A stretch of DNA of 64,000 nucleotides from Thermoplasmatota archaeon (lineage in GTDB: Archaea; Thermoplasmatota; E2; JACPAO01; JAHFTW01). The notes under the pieces are model-generated. The model worked only from the letters and a program-made list of their open reading frames with translations. It was not told the DNA's origin and ran no database searches. Both the position numbers and the translations under genes were made by a program. Location of the stretch: contig JBFIHX010000010.1 in the NCBI GenBank assembly GCA_041601615.1, forward strand, positions 1 through 64,000, read 5' to 3'. Below are positions 8,231 through 18,081 of this stretch, piece after piece; within the stretch, counting starts at the first letter, position 1, and each line of letters begins with the position of its first letter.

Positions 8231-9886
8231 ATGGAGAAACTCGTCCTCGTCGATGGCTACGTGGATGAGCCGTCGGCCTTTGGCGTCCCGCCGTACATTT
8301 CGCCCCATGCTCGATATGCTGCGGGTGCTGCGGCAGCTTGCGGCGTCGAGGTCGAGTACCACACGATTGATTCTCTTCGCGCCCGGCCCCTCGACTTAAC
8401 GGGCGACGCACTGGCGATTCTGGCTTCCTGCTCCGTTCCCGGCAAGTACCTTCGCGGCACGCCCATCACCCGTGACGAGACTCTGTCCTTGTTCCGGGAT
8501 TTCAAGGGCGAGCGGGTGCTGTTTGGAGACAACGCGGCATTTGGATTCCCGGACGCAGGGGGCGGACACGCCACCAACCGCTACAAGCTCGGCGACCACC
8601 TAGAACACCTCGCGACACGCCACGGCGATGCGGTTCTTCGCGACTTGTTCGAGGGCAAGACTCCCGTCAATCGCTTCCGCACCATGGATGAGTGGAACGA
8701 ACACGCAGTACTCGGCGCCGGCGTCGTGTCGCAGCACCCGGACATGAAGCATGGCATTCTCATGGCCGAAATGGACACGTTCTACGGATGCGTCCACTAC
8801 ATCTCCGGCGGCTGCGGGTTCTGCTCCGACGCCAAGACCAAGCCCTGGTACCGCGACGAAGAGCCCGTCATCGCCGAGGCCGAGGCGCTGTACGAAGCCG
8901 GCGTTCGCCACTTCCGGCTCGGTGGCCAAACCTGTTTCTGGACGTACAAAGCGCACGGAGTCGGCCAAACGGACGAGCCTAGGCCCAACGTGGAAGCGAC
9001 CGAGAAGCTCCTTGCTGGTGTCGCTGAGGTGTCGCCGGAGCGAAAGATTCTCCACATCGACAACGCCAATCCTGCAGTACTCGCCACGCACTTGGACGAG
9101 TCCGCCGCCATCGCGCGCCTGCTCGTCGAACACGGATCGGACGGCAACATTGCCGCGTTCGGACTCGAATCAGCCGACCCCGCGGTCTTCGAGGCCAACA
9201 ACCTCAACTGCACGCCGGAGCAAGTGATGGACGCAACCCGGATGCTCAACGAAGTGTCCGGCCATCGCGGCCCCAACGGCTTGCCGTTCCTGCTGCCCGG
9301 CATCAATCTCCTGTACGGCTTGCCCGGCGAGACCAAAGAGACCTACGATCACAACTGGAAGTTCGTCACGGACTTACGCAAATCCGGCTTGCGTGTGCGC
9401 CGCATCCAGATTCGCCAGCTCTTGCCCATCCGGGGCCAGCCCGCCGCCATCGACCCGAAACACATGCCGCTGTTTCGCAAGCAAAAGGCCGCAATCCGCG
9501 CCGAAATTGACCAACCGGTGCTGCGCGAAATCGCCCCGTCCTGGACGATTCTTCGCAACGTTTGGATGGAAAAACAAGAGCCAGGGCTTACCTTGGGCCG
9601 CCAAATTGCCACGTACGCGCTCCTGGTGGGCGTTCCTTACGAGACCGAGATCGATCGCTTCGTGGACATCCTCGTCACGGACCATGGATTCCGCAGCCTC
9701 ACAGGCATCCCTGTGCCATTCCATGTGCCCTCCGCGAGCCTGAAGCAACTGGAAGCGCTGCCCGGCATTGGCAAGAAGCGGGCCCTGAACATCAAGGTCA
9801 AGGGGTACAAGGACCTGGAATCGTTTGCGGCGGTCGTGCAGGAGCCAGAACTGGTCGCAAAGCTGGCGCCGTTCTTGGAGTTCTAG
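8231..9886 (+). CDS. Archaeal radical SAM protein with C-terminal helix-hairpin-helix (COG1031-like)
   Basis: DGYVDEPSAFGVPPYISP N-terminus; C-x7-C-x2-C (CVHYISGGCGFC); LPGIGKKRA HhH. Confidence 0.85.
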   Translation: MEKLVLVDGYVDEPSAFGVPPYISPHARYAAGAAAACGVEVEYHTIDSLRARPLDLTGDALAILASCSVPGKYLRGTPITRDETLSLFRDFKGERVLFGDNAAFGFPDAGGGHATNRYKLGDHLEHLATRHGDAVLRDLFEGKTPVNRFRTMDEWNEHAVLGAGVVSQHPDMKHGILMAEMDTFYGCVHYISGGCGFCSDAKTKPWYRDEEPVIAEAEALYEAGVRHFRLGGQTCFWTYKAHGVGQTDEPRPNVEATEKLLAGVAEVSPERKILHIDNANPAVLATHLDESAAIARLLVEHGSDGNIAAFGLESADPAVFEANNLNCTPEQVMDATRMLNEVSGHRGPNGLPFLLPGINLLYGLPGETKETYDHNWKFVTDLRKSGLRVRRIQIRQLLPIRGQPAAIDPKHMPLFRKQKAAIRAEIDQPVLREIAPSWTILRNVWMEKQEPGLTLGRQIATYALLVGVPYETEIDRFVDILVTDHGFRSLTGIPVPFHVPSASLKQLEALPGIGKKRALNIKVKGYKDLESFAAVVQEPELVAKLAPFLEF

Positions 9887-9962
9887 CGCTCGTCAACCAC
9901 GGTGCGGCAGGAGACGGTGCGGCCCAATTTGCGTCTGCACTTGCGCCCCGCCGTCGCGTCCC

Positions 9963-10919
9963 CTATTGCGACTGCCCCGCAAGCACGAAGTGTGCCAACA
10001 GCGCCTCGATCTGAATGCGCTCGTTGGACCCTTCGACAAGCCGGAACTCGATTTCGCCCACGCGGTCGATGAGCTTGACGCGTTGGATCTCGGGGATGGT
10101 CAAGTCAAAGATGCTGCGGTGGATCTGCCGGATGACATCCTCGCCGCTCAGGCCGTACTCCATCAAGAGGTCGTCGAGTTTGTTGCGGGCGCTCATGAAG
10201 TCGCCGTCGAGGGCGGTTTCGATGAGCTTGCGCACCTCGTCGGGGCGGGCGGTGCTCGTGGTCTTGTAGATCGCTTCCTCGTCCACGGTGCCGCCGAGGG
10301 CCGCTGCCACCTGGAGGGTGTTGACGGTCTTGCGCAGGTCTCCCTTGGCCACGAAAATGAGTGCATCGACGCCGTCGGCGGTGACGTTCACGCCTTCCTT
10401 CTGGGCGATCTTGCGGATGTAGCCCTTGATCTGGTCGGTGCCCAGCGGCCGGAAGCGGAAGACGGCGCAACGTGACTGGATGGGGTCGATGATCTTGCTG
10501 CTGTAGTTGCAGCTCAACACAAAGCGCGTGGTCTGCGTGTAACGCTCCATCGTGCGGCGCAGGGCGGATTGCGCGTCGTGTGTGAGGGCGTCGGCTTCGT
10601 CCAGAAAGACGATCTTGAACCCCTCGCGATCGGTGGTGCCGACGCGGGCAAAGTCCTTGATCTTGCCTCGGACGATGCCGATGCCACGCTCGTCGGAGGC
10701 GTTGAGCTCCAAAAACCGTCCGCGCCAGTCGTCGCCCCACAGGTCCTTGGCCATGGCGATGGCGCTCGTGGTCTTGCCGGTGCCTGGGGGCCCTGCGAAC
10801 ATCAGATGCGGGATGCTTCCCTGCTTGACGTAGGCCTTGAGGCGCTCAACGGCCTCCTCTTGGCCAACCACGTCTTCCAAGGTCTGCGGCCGGTACTTCT
10901 CCACCCAGACGTCCTTCAT
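9963..10919 (-). CDS. rfcS: Replication factor C small subunit
   Basis: WVEKYRP, GPPGTGKT, ELNASDERG, LDEAD, SRC. Confidence 0.96.
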   Translation of the reverse strand: MKDVWVEKYRPQTLEDVVGQEEAVERLKAYVKQGSIPHLMFAGPPGTGKTTSAIAMAKDLWGDDWRGRFLELNASDERGIGIVRGKIKDFARVGTTDREGFKIVFLDEADALTHDAQSALRRTMERYTQTTRFVLSCNYSSKIIDPIQSRCAVFRFRPLGTDQIKGYIRKIAQKEGVNVTADGVDALIFVAKGDLRKTVNTLQVAAALGGTVDEEAIYKTTSTARPDEVRKLIETALDGDFMSARNKLDDLLMEYGLSGEDVIRQIHRSIFDLTIPEIQRVKLIDRVGEIEFRLVEGSNERIQIEALLAHFVLAGQSQ

Positions 10920-11156
10920 CGGCGCGGCGAGTGAGGCAGGGGGTTTCAAGGTTGGGAGGCTGCATGGCACCCGGCAGCTGCTAGATTCGAGACTAGATCA
11001 TCGTAATTAAGGATCAAATGGATCCCATGATCTAATATTACATTGACTTAATTATTCCTTATGTAGTCAACTGGGCATGTTGCGTTATTTAATGATATTA
11101 TAGCTGCTAAAGAGACCTCGTTGCGATTGCCAAATGGCCTGTTACTTGTAATGAGT

Positions 11157-11618
11157 TTACAGAAAATAAGGCCCTGAAGAACCCACGCAAACCCATATGG
11201 TGGATGCAGACATGTTGTACATTTGAAGACTCAAGCCTTCTACAACTGTGGCGGAGGCAGAAAATGATCGACATTCATTGCGCATAACAATCCAACTTTG
11301 ACTTGTGGATGTTTCGCAAATGCCCGCGCACGCTACCGGGTTTTGGTTGCCACAGGAGAGGGTGCCTGCGCTGAATGAAGGAACCCTCACTGAGCACAAA
11401 TGGTCTACGAGGCACGAAATCGCCACAGACCCGCTAAAGCTGCACCGAGTGGATGAATCAAATTGTACATTGTGCATGAGAACAATAGTACAAGAACCTG
11501 GCAATGGAAGGCCGCTGACACAGGATTCATAGTCGCTGTATGTTTTGCTATTCACCGCCTGGGCCGGTGATGAAACTACGAGCAGGCATAGGATGGCTAG
11601 GACGGCAAAAAACCGCAT
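11157..11618 (-). CDS. Secreted Cys-rich hypothetical protein in a low-GC insert
   Basis: Signal peptide ending AQA; 10 Cys in the predicted mature region; visibly lower GC than its neighbours. Confidence 0.65.
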   Translation of the reverse strand: MRFFAVLAILCLLVVSSPAQAVNSKTYSDYESCVSGLPLPGSCTIVLMHNVQFDSSTRCSFSGSVAISCLVDHLCSVRVPSFSAGTLSCGNQNPVACAGICETSTSQSWIVMRNECRSFSASATVVEGLSLQMYNMSASTIWVCVGSSGPYFL

Positions 11619-11654
11619 GATCTCGGATAGGCGCGGAAGTTAGATTATTTGTGG

Positions 11655-12317
11655 TTATAGTGGGCCGATGTCCGCCTTTGCTTTGTCATTCTCAAGTGAG
11701 GACCGAATTCCATCGAGTCTGGCCAAGGGCACAACCGCCAACACCATCTCCCCTCGCGTTGCGGCAACAATCTCTCGCAACCGCTCGGCCATGTGCTCTT
11801 CCCGAGCCGCCTCCACCGCTTGCAGGCTGGGCAGTTTGTTTTGGTACGCATCCCACGCGAGAACCAGACTTTGGGCATCGGCGTGGCCGGAGAAGTCTTG
11901 TTTCAGGAGCTTACGCTGCACGCGGCCGGACTTCAAGACATGGCGAAATTTGTTGGCGCGGATGTATATGGCTGTGTGGTCCTCGTCGTCCATGTCCAGC
12001 GCCTCCATGGGGGTGCTTGCCTTGGTTGCGGCGGCGAAGGCAGCGTCAAGGTCGGGACTCGGAATGCGGGTGTCGCCGAAGGGTGCCAGCCATTCAAACA
12101 GGCGCTCGGAGATTGGATCAATATCGGGCAGGTCCACGTCGGGGTCGGCTGCAAGCGTGTGGAGCCCTTCCAGGTCTTCTGGGGGGATGCCCAGGGCGAG
12201 CACGGCGGGGTTGTGTCGCTCAAAGGCGTCCTGGACGCGGCGGCCGTCGGGGACGAATCCGGCGATGGTTCCCAGGAGAATAATCGGAGTTCCGTCCACG
12301 TCGATGCGTGTGTCCAC
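11655..12317 (-). CDS. Hypothetical protein, possibly TraB/GumN-like
   Basis: IILLGTIAG...AAREEHMAERL...LAVV pattern; start uncertain (GTG 12317 chosen, ORF open to 12386). Confidence 0.55.
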   Translation of the reverse strand: MDTRIDVDGTPIILLGTIAGFVPDGRRVQDAFERHNPAVLALGIPPEDLEGLHTLAADPDVDLPDIDPISERLFEWLAPFGDTRIPSPDLDAAFAAATKASTPMEALDMDDEDHTAIYIRANKFRHVLKSGRVQRKLLKQDFSGHADAQSLVLAWDAYQNKLPSLQAVEAAREEHMAERLREIVAATRGEMVLAVVPLARLDGIRSSLENDKAKADIGPL

Positions 12318-12432
12318 GGGCGGGCGAGGTTGGGGCGCAAGGATGAAGGCTGCGGGTGGCGCCGGTCGCTGGCCCCAACCCATCATCTATAAGCCCAGAT
12401 ACAGCCCTCTAGAGGCTCATACAGGGTTCCAC

Positions 12433-12819
12433 ATGAAGATCGACATCGGCACGGAAGGCAAGATTCTGGGAACGAAGCGCGTCAGTCCCAACGGCCAAGT
12501 CAGCGGCCTCTCGGAGTACGCCGGCGAGGAGGTGCTCATCATCTACCCGGGCCCTCGCGAGCCACGCATCAAGATGGATGCCAAGGACTACGTCCATGAA
12601 GTGGAGAAGGCGGTCCAGAACCAGATGAAAACGGCGTTCGATCAATACCAGGGCCTAAAGGGACGCTACCAGGACGAGCGCGACGCGGCGCGGGCGTTCA
12701 TCAAGGCAAAGTCACCCAAGTCGTTCCAGGGCCTCGTGGAGAACGTAGACAAGTGGGTCAGCGACCAGGTGCACGCGGCCGAATCGAAGGTAGCAAGCAA
12801 GTTGCACGAGAAGGAATAA
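12433..12819 (+). CDS. Hypothetical protein with AbrB/DUF2080-like N-terminus and helical C-terminus
   Basis: KRVSPNGQVSGLSEYAGEEVLII; TATA-like ctataag at about 12387. Confidence 0.6.
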   Translation: MKIDIGTEGKILGTKRVSPNGQVSGLSEYAGEEVLIIYPGPREPRIKMDAKDYVHEVEKAVQNQMKTAFDQYQGLKGRYQDERDAARAFIKAKSPKSFQGLVENVDKWVSDQVHAAESKVASKLHEKE

Positions 12820-12904
12820 CCAGCGCCTAGGTGCTCATCTCGGGTGGATTTGGCCGACATGCCGGCGTTTGCTCCAACAAGCACATGTTCACCACCATGT
12901 TGCC

Positions 12905-13240
12905 ATGCCCATGGCCGGTACGGCAAGCAAAGTCTCAGGCAGTCTGTTGTTGACTCTTGGTAGCGTCATGATGCTCGCGGGCGGCGGCGCGGCGACCTAC
13001 GGATTCGTGGATGAAGGCGAAAACGACGCGGCAGCCGGCTCGCTCGGGGTTGCAGCGGACTCCCAGCGTAGCGAAACCAACGGGATGTGGATGGCGTACG
13101 GACTGTTGGCGGGGGGCATTGGTGTTTTGCTCACGGCCCTCGCCGTTGTCCTCCTGGCGGTGGGCGGCAGCCGTGAGCGCGTCCACTTGATGCATCTAGC
13201 CCACTTGGAACCAGCCGCACATCCAGGGGTCGAGGCGTGA
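12905..13240 (+). CDS. Small 2-TM membrane protein
   Basis: TM, acidic loop (DEGENDA...DSQRSETN), TM; similar to 13572-13868; start uncertain. Confidence 0.6.
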   Translation: MPMAGTASKVSGSLLLTLGSVMMLAGGGAATYGFVDEGENDAAAGSLGVAADSQRSETNGMWMAYGLLAGGIGVLLTALAVVLLAVGGSRERVHLMHLAHLEPAAHPGVEA

Positions 13241-13455
13241 GCCACATGGTCCACGCGCCGCGCTCCACTTGGCTCGTGCTGGGCGTCACGATGGCTTTCT
13301 TGGGGCTCGGCGCGACGCTGTACGGCCTCCTCGATGCTGGCTCCCCGCCTCCTTCCGGCTCCTTGCAACGCGCCGACGCGCATCTTGGATTCCTGTTTGG
13401 CGGCGTGGTTTCGGCTGTTTCTGGCATGGTGCTTGTACTTCGCACCACCAACTAG
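13237..13455 (+). CDS. Small 2-TM membrane protein
   Basis: GTGA overlap with the upstream gene; two hydrophobic helices. Confidence 0.55.
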   Translation: MSHMVHAPRSTWLVLGVTMAFLGLGATLYGLLDAGSPPPSGSLQRADAHLGFLFGGVVSAVSGMVLVLRTTN

Positions 13456-13571
13456 CGCCCTGTGCGCACTTTATCCTTCGTCGTGCGTCGACCTTGAACA
13501 CCCGGTGGCCGCCGTCGGTTGCCGTTCATGCAGGGACAACCTTTAGTCAGTCCTGGGAGCCGTACCTGCGT

Positions 13572-13868
13572 ATGTCTGGAAATGGACCCAAAGCGCTTGG
13601 AACCTTTGCCCTCGTTCTGGGATCCCTCGGGCTCATGGCTGCCATGGCTCTTGCTGCCGTCGCGTACCTCGACGAGTCGGACAACCAAGACCGCAATCCG
13701 GGGCTTCTGAATCCCGATCCCGTGGACGAGTCTCGTTCGGAGCGCAATGCACACCTGAGCGACATGGCCGCATGGAACGTCCGCGTCGGGGGCCTGGTGC
13801 TGGCGCTGGGCGGGGCGCTGTTCGTGGTGGGCACCGCCTTGGAGCGTGACCCGGCCCGAATGAGCTAA
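13572..13868 (+). CDS. Small 2-TM membrane protein
   Basis: TM, DESDNQD...DESRSERN loop, TM. Confidence 0.6.
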   Translation: MSGNGPKALGTFALVLGSLGLMAAMALAAVAYLDESDNQDRNPGLLNPDPVDESRSERNAHLSDMAAWNVRVGGLVLALGGALFVVGTALERDPARMS

Positions 13869-13873
13869 CGCGC

Positions 13874-14971
13874 CTATTCCTTGCCCGTGGCCTTGAACTT
13901 GTTTGCTTGGATTGCTGCCTCGGCTTCGGCGGCCATGCCGGTTTCCTGGGCAAGCCGGTCCAGTTCGGCTTCCAGTTCTGCAGTGTTGGGCACGTCGCCG
14001 AGCACATCCTTGACCTTTCCAAGCAGTCCTTCGAGTGACTTGAGGTCGCTCGGGACGTAGGTGGGGCCCTCGGAGGCGCCACCGACGGCGTTTGCGGCTC
14101 CCTTGATGAGGCTCGTGAGTTCGAACGGCAGAACGAACTTGGTGCTGGGGCTGGCGCCGAGTTTGCCAAGGGCATCCAGGCTTAGAACACTGATGGCCTT
14201 CTGGTCGAGCGGAGCGGCACCCATGGACAAGATGTGCAGTCCCTGGGCTTGTCCCTGGGCGCGCAGAATCTGGGCTTTGCGTTCACCGTCGGCAGCAAGG
14301 ATGCGGCTCTGGCGGTCACCCTCCGCGGTGAGAATGGCGCCGCGCTTTTGGCCCTCGGCTTCGAGGATGCTGGCTTGTTTTTGGCCGTCGGCGCGAAGAA
14401 TCGCGGCGCGGCGTTCACGCTCGGCACTGGTTTGTTCTTCCATCGCGCGCTTGACGCGGTCCACGGGGTCCACTTCGCGGATTTCCACGGCTTCGACGCG
14501 GACACCCCAGCCGTCGGTGCTTTGGTCGAGTATGTCTTGGAGTCGGCTGTTGATGCGCTCGCGTTGGTTCAGTACGTCGTCGAGGTCCATGTCGCCGATG
14601 ACGGAACGGAGGGTCGTCTGAGCTAGGGCGACGGTGGCGAGGCGGAAGTTGCTGACTTCAAAGTATGCGCGTTCCGGGTTCATGACGCGCACATAGATGA
14701 TGGCGTCCACGTTGGTCGGGGAGTTGTCCTTGGTGATGACTTCCTGGCGCGGTACGTCCATCACTTGGGTGCGCATGTCCATGCGGACCACTTGGGAGCC
14801 GAAGGGAATCACGAAATTCAGACCCGTGTTGATCTTGCCTCGGTATTTGCCAAGGAAGATGTACAGGCCCTGTTCGTAGGGCTGGATGACGCGCAGGCCG
14901 CTGACAAGCAGCAGCAAGACGAGCGCGAGGGCGATGCTTCCGACGACGATCCATACGACGACCATGATCAA
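13874..14971 (-). CDS. SPFH/Band 7 (stomatin/HflC-like) protein
   Basis: DVPRQEVITKDN, AQTTLRSVIG, WGVRVEAVEI, AERERRA. Confidence 0.92.
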   Translation of the reverse strand: MIMVVVWIVVGSIALALVLLLLVSGLRVIQPYEQGLYIFLGKYRGKINTGLNFVIPFGSQVVRMDMRTQVMDVPRQEVITKDNSPTNVDAIIYVRVMNPERAYFEVSNFRLATVALAQTTLRSVIGDMDLDDVLNQRERINSRLQDILDQSTDGWGVRVEAVEIREVDPVDRVKRAMEEQTSAERERRAAILRADGQKQASILEAEGQKRGAILTAEGDRQSRILAADGERKAQILRAQGQAQGLHILSMGAAPLDQKAISVLSLDALGKLGASPSTKFVLPFELTSLIKGAANAVGGASEGPTYVPSDLKSLEGLLGKVKDVLGDVPNTAELEAELDRLAQETGMAAEAEAAIQANKFKATGKE

Positions 14972-15450
14972 GTCTCCAGTTTCTTAGTTTCAGGGATAGA
15001 GGGGAGGGGTTCAACGGTGAGGGTGAGGCTGTCGGCGCTGACGACGCGGATGCGGGTGCCGGCGGCGATTTCGGTGTGCGCCGTGGCGCGCCAGACGGTG
15101 CCTTGGACGCGCGCGAGGCCGGATTTGGTGGGGCTGATGGCGCGTTCGACGGTGCCGGTTTCTCCGGGCAGGCTGTCGCTGGACATGGTGATGGGCTTCT
15201 CGCCTGGCGGGGCCCATTTCTTGTACGCCCAGATGGTTGCGATGGTGGCGGGGATGCCGAAGACTGGAATCGAAATTGCGGCCCAGGGTCCAAACAGCAG
15301 GTGCGGGGCGATGAGGCCCATGATGCCGAGGCCAACCATGATGGTGCCGGGCACGGCGATGAAGAAGCCTGGGTTGGCGGCTTCCAGCAGGACCAGTAGG
15401 AGTCCGAAGAGGATGAGGCCGATGGAGAGCCAGATCGCCAATGCTGCCAT
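14968..15450 (-). CDS. NfeD-like protein (short form)
   Basis: TM helices plus OB-fold G.ARVQGTVWRA; classic partner upstream of an SPFH gene. Confidence 0.88.
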   Translation of the reverse strand: MAALAIWLSIGLILFGLLLVLLEAANPGFFIAVPGTIMVGLGIMGLIAPHLLFGPWAAISIPVFGIPATIATIWAYKKWAPPGEKPITMSSDSLPGETGTVERAISPTKSGLARVQGTVWRATAHTEIAAGTRIRVVSADSLTLTVEPLPSIPETKKLET

Positions 15451-15503
15451 GGGTAGGGGCCCATGGGGGCTTCGTGGGTTAAGGGTGATTGCTCGTATTC
15501 GGC

Positions 15504-17312
15504 TTAGGCTGCCATCGTAACGGCGGGGGCGGGGGCCGCTCGCGTCTGCATGTATGCGACCAGGTCAGGGATGGCGATGCGTTCTTGCTCGGTGGTGTCT
15601 CGGTCGCGCACGGTGACAGCGCCGTCGGTGAGCGAGTCCACATCCACGGTGACACAGAACGGGGTGCCGACCTCGTCTTGCCGGGCGTAGCGGCGTCCGA
15701 TGTTGCCGCTGGCGTCGGTGTCTGTGCGGAATCCGGCGGCGCGCAGGGTTGCTTCGATGGTGTCTGCGAGTTCGGGCAGGCCCTCTTTGGCCATCAGGGG
15801 AAGGATTGCCACTTGGACGGGGGCGACTTCAGAGCTGAGGCGCAGGACGGTGTAGGGTTCGCCGTTTTTCTCGGTGGCATCGTAGGCGTGTTCCCAGAGG
15901 GCGTAGAGGATGCGGTCGACGCCGAAGCTGGGTTCGATGACGCGGGGAATGATTTTGCGGCCAGTGACGGTCCATTCGCCGTCGAGGATTTGGTAGCCTT
16001 CGGCGGGGATGGTGATGCCGTCGATTTCGATTTCCTCGGTGCCGGCTTCGGGGGTCTTGGGGCCTGTGATGACAAGTTCATCGTCGAGCCATTTTTCGTC
16101 AAAGGCTTCGTGTTGGGCGAGCATTTTGACTTGGTCGTCGAAGACTCCTTCAAGTTTGGCGGCGATGGTCTTGGCTTCGGCCTTGAAGGTTCGACCGAGC
16201 ATGCCCATGATGGGGACGAATTTGCGTGCGTGGAAGGTGTGGGGCGTTTCGAGGTCTTGGGTGACTTGGAAGTCGCCGGTTTTGCCGCTGTGTTCGGCGT
16301 GCTGCGAAAGATCGTAGCATCCTCGGTCGGCGATGCCGACGCATTCGACCCAGCCGTAGCGTTCGCTGTAGAATTCGGCGTCCCAGCAGTCCTGGGCGTA
16401 GTGGGCCATTTCGGTGTCTAGGTGCTGGCGGAACCGCAATTTGGAAGCGTCCACGCCGGCAAGCAGGAGGAAGCGCTGTGTGAGGCCCAAAAAGTAGCCA
16501 AGGCTCTGGTTGGCAACCATCCCCGACGAGACCGCTTCGCCAAAGGTCAGGGTCACGGGCACTTCGTCGCTCTTGGGCACGAAGGTCGCTTCTTCGTGGG
16601 CGACCGACTGGAATGCCGGCAGAGGCGCGTTGGTGTCCAAAAAGAACACTTCGGCTTCCATCATGGAAAATTCGCGCAGGCGCAGCATGCCTTGGCGCGG
16701 GCTGATTTCGTTGCGGTTGCTGCCGCCCAGTTGCGTGACACCGAAGGGGAGCTTGCCTCGGAAGTGGCGAAGCAGGTGCGGGAAGTCTGTGAAGATGCCT
16801 TGGGCGGTCTCGGGGCGAAGGTACCCGACGCGGCCGCTGCCGGGGCCGATTTCGGTTTGGTTCATCAGATTCTGCGGGGCAGCGGGAGTCCAGGTCGCGT
16901 CGCCGCAGATGCTGCACTTGGGGGCGCGGGCCGTGATTTCGGCGTCGATTTGTTCGGCGCTGAGTGCGTCGGCGGTGCCCGTGTATCCGGCTGCTTCCAC
17001 GAGGTGGTCGGCGCGGTGTGGGTGGCCGTTTTTGCACTTGACGACGAGGTCCGTGAATTCGTCTACGTGGCCACTGGCTTTCAGCACCGCTTCGGGGGTG
17101 ACCCGGGGGCACTTGATTTCGCACATGGGCACAGCACTTTCTTGTTGAAACACGCGGCGCCAGAGGGCTTCGAAGCGCGTTTTCATGGCAGCGCCCAGCG
17201 GGCCGTAGTCGTAGAAGCCGGCCAATCCGCCGTAGATCTCGTAGGCTGGGTAGAGGAAACCTCGTCGCTTGGCGAGGTCCATCACGGCTTCGGTACGGTC
17301 TTGATCGGCCAC
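15504..17312 (-). CDS. glyS: Glycine--tRNA ligase (homodimeric archaeal/eukaryotic type)
   Basis: YDYGPLG, LRPETAQG, RNEISPRQG, EMAHYA.DCWD, IEPSFG.DR, GRRYARQDE.GTP. Confidence 0.96.
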   Translation of the reverse strand: MADQDRTEAVMDLAKRRGFLYPAYEIYGGLAGFYDYGPLGAAMKTRFEALWRRVFQQESAVPMCEIKCPRVTPEAVLKASGHVDEFTDLVVKCKNGHPHRADHLVEAAGYTGTADALSAEQIDAEITARAPKCSICGDATWTPAAPQNLMNQTEIGPGSGRVGYLRPETAQGIFTDFPHLLRHFRGKLPFGVTQLGGSNRNEISPRQGMLRLREFSMMEAEVFFLDTNAPLPAFQSVAHEEATFVPKSDEVPVTLTFGEAVSSGMVANQSLGYFLGLTQRFLLLAGVDASKLRFRQHLDTEMAHYAQDCWDAEFYSERYGWVECVGIADRGCYDLSQHAEHSGKTGDFQVTQDLETPHTFHARKFVPIMGMLGRTFKAEAKTIAAKLEGVFDDQVKMLAQHEAFDEKWLDDELVITGPKTPEAGTEEIEIDGITIPAEGYQILDGEWTVTGRKIIPRVIEPSFGVDRILYALWEHAYDATEKNGEPYTVLRLSSEVAPVQVAILPLMAKEGLPELADTIEATLRAAGFRTDTDASGNIGRRYARQDEVGTPFCVTVDVDSLTDGAVTVRDRDTTEQERIAIPDLVAYMQTRAAPAPAVTMAA

Positions 17313-17358
17313 GGCGCCGCCACAGGGACGGCGTTTATCAGGGGTGGGGTCGCCGCGC

Positions 17359-18081
17359 TTAGCCGCCTAGTTGGATGCGGGTGCCGCCGCCTTCGTCGCC
17401 GTCGTCTTCTTCGTCGTCGTCGCCCACGTCGGCTTCGCCCCATTCGTCGCGTTCGATGTAGTGCTTGCCAAAGCGCAGGCCGATTTCCACTTCCAGGGGC
17501 TCAAAGTTGGCCTCCAATTGACGCAGCAGGTCCTCGACGGCGTTGACGTAGGCGTTGCGGTCGCGGTTGACTTTGGGCGCATCAGGGTCCGTCGGGAGCC
17601 ACTCGGGCGCGTAGATGCTTGCCATGTTCGGTATGCCGGGTGCCCATTGCAGGAGGTTGCCTCGATGGCCGCCGCGACTGAGGCCTTCCTCGTCGGGTTG
17701 GGTCAGGTATTCGTACAGCGGGTGCGCCAAGATGAGGTCTTCGAGGTCGGGGCATTCGACGTTACGGTTGAGCCAGTTGGCTACGATGTCTTCGGGAACG
17801 AGCCAACCTTCGTCGTCGGGGCAGTCAGCAATCAACAGGCGCTCGTCTTCGCTGCCGGCGAGGTTTTCCTTGCGGAACCCGGCGTCAGGAATCACGTGGA
17901 CGACGGTGCCGATGCTGGCAATTTCGAAGGGCAGGCCGTCTTCGTCGTAGAAATCTGCCTCCGTGAGGATCTGGATAGGGCCGCAGCCTTGGCACCATTC
18001 GTGGCGCAGCAATTGGGCGACGTTGTGCCAAGGCTTGACATCGGCTTCGGCCTGTTTCGGAGCTTGTTTTGTGGGATTCAT
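17359..18081 (-). CDS. Acidic hypothetical protein with a CxxC motif
   Basis: Coupled to the amidohydrolase (ATGA overlap); WCQGCG; acidic C-terminal tail. Confidence 0.6.
   Translation of the reverse strand: MNPTKQAPKQAEADVKPWHNVAQLLRHEWCQGCGPIQILTEADFYDEDGLPFEIASIGTVVHVIPDAGFRKENLAGSEDERLLIADCPDDEGWLVPEDIVANWLNRNVECPDLEDLILAHPLYEYLTQPDEEGLSRGGHRGNLLQWAPGIPNMASIYAPEWLPTDPDAPKVNRDRNAYVNAVEDLLRQLEANFEPLEVEIGLRFGKHYIERDEWGEADVGDDDEEDDGDEGGGTRIQLGG

Noticed and set aside
10985-11156. Replication origin call
   Set aside because: No ORB repeats or cdc6/orc1 gene are visible; kept only as a low-interest AT-rich patch.
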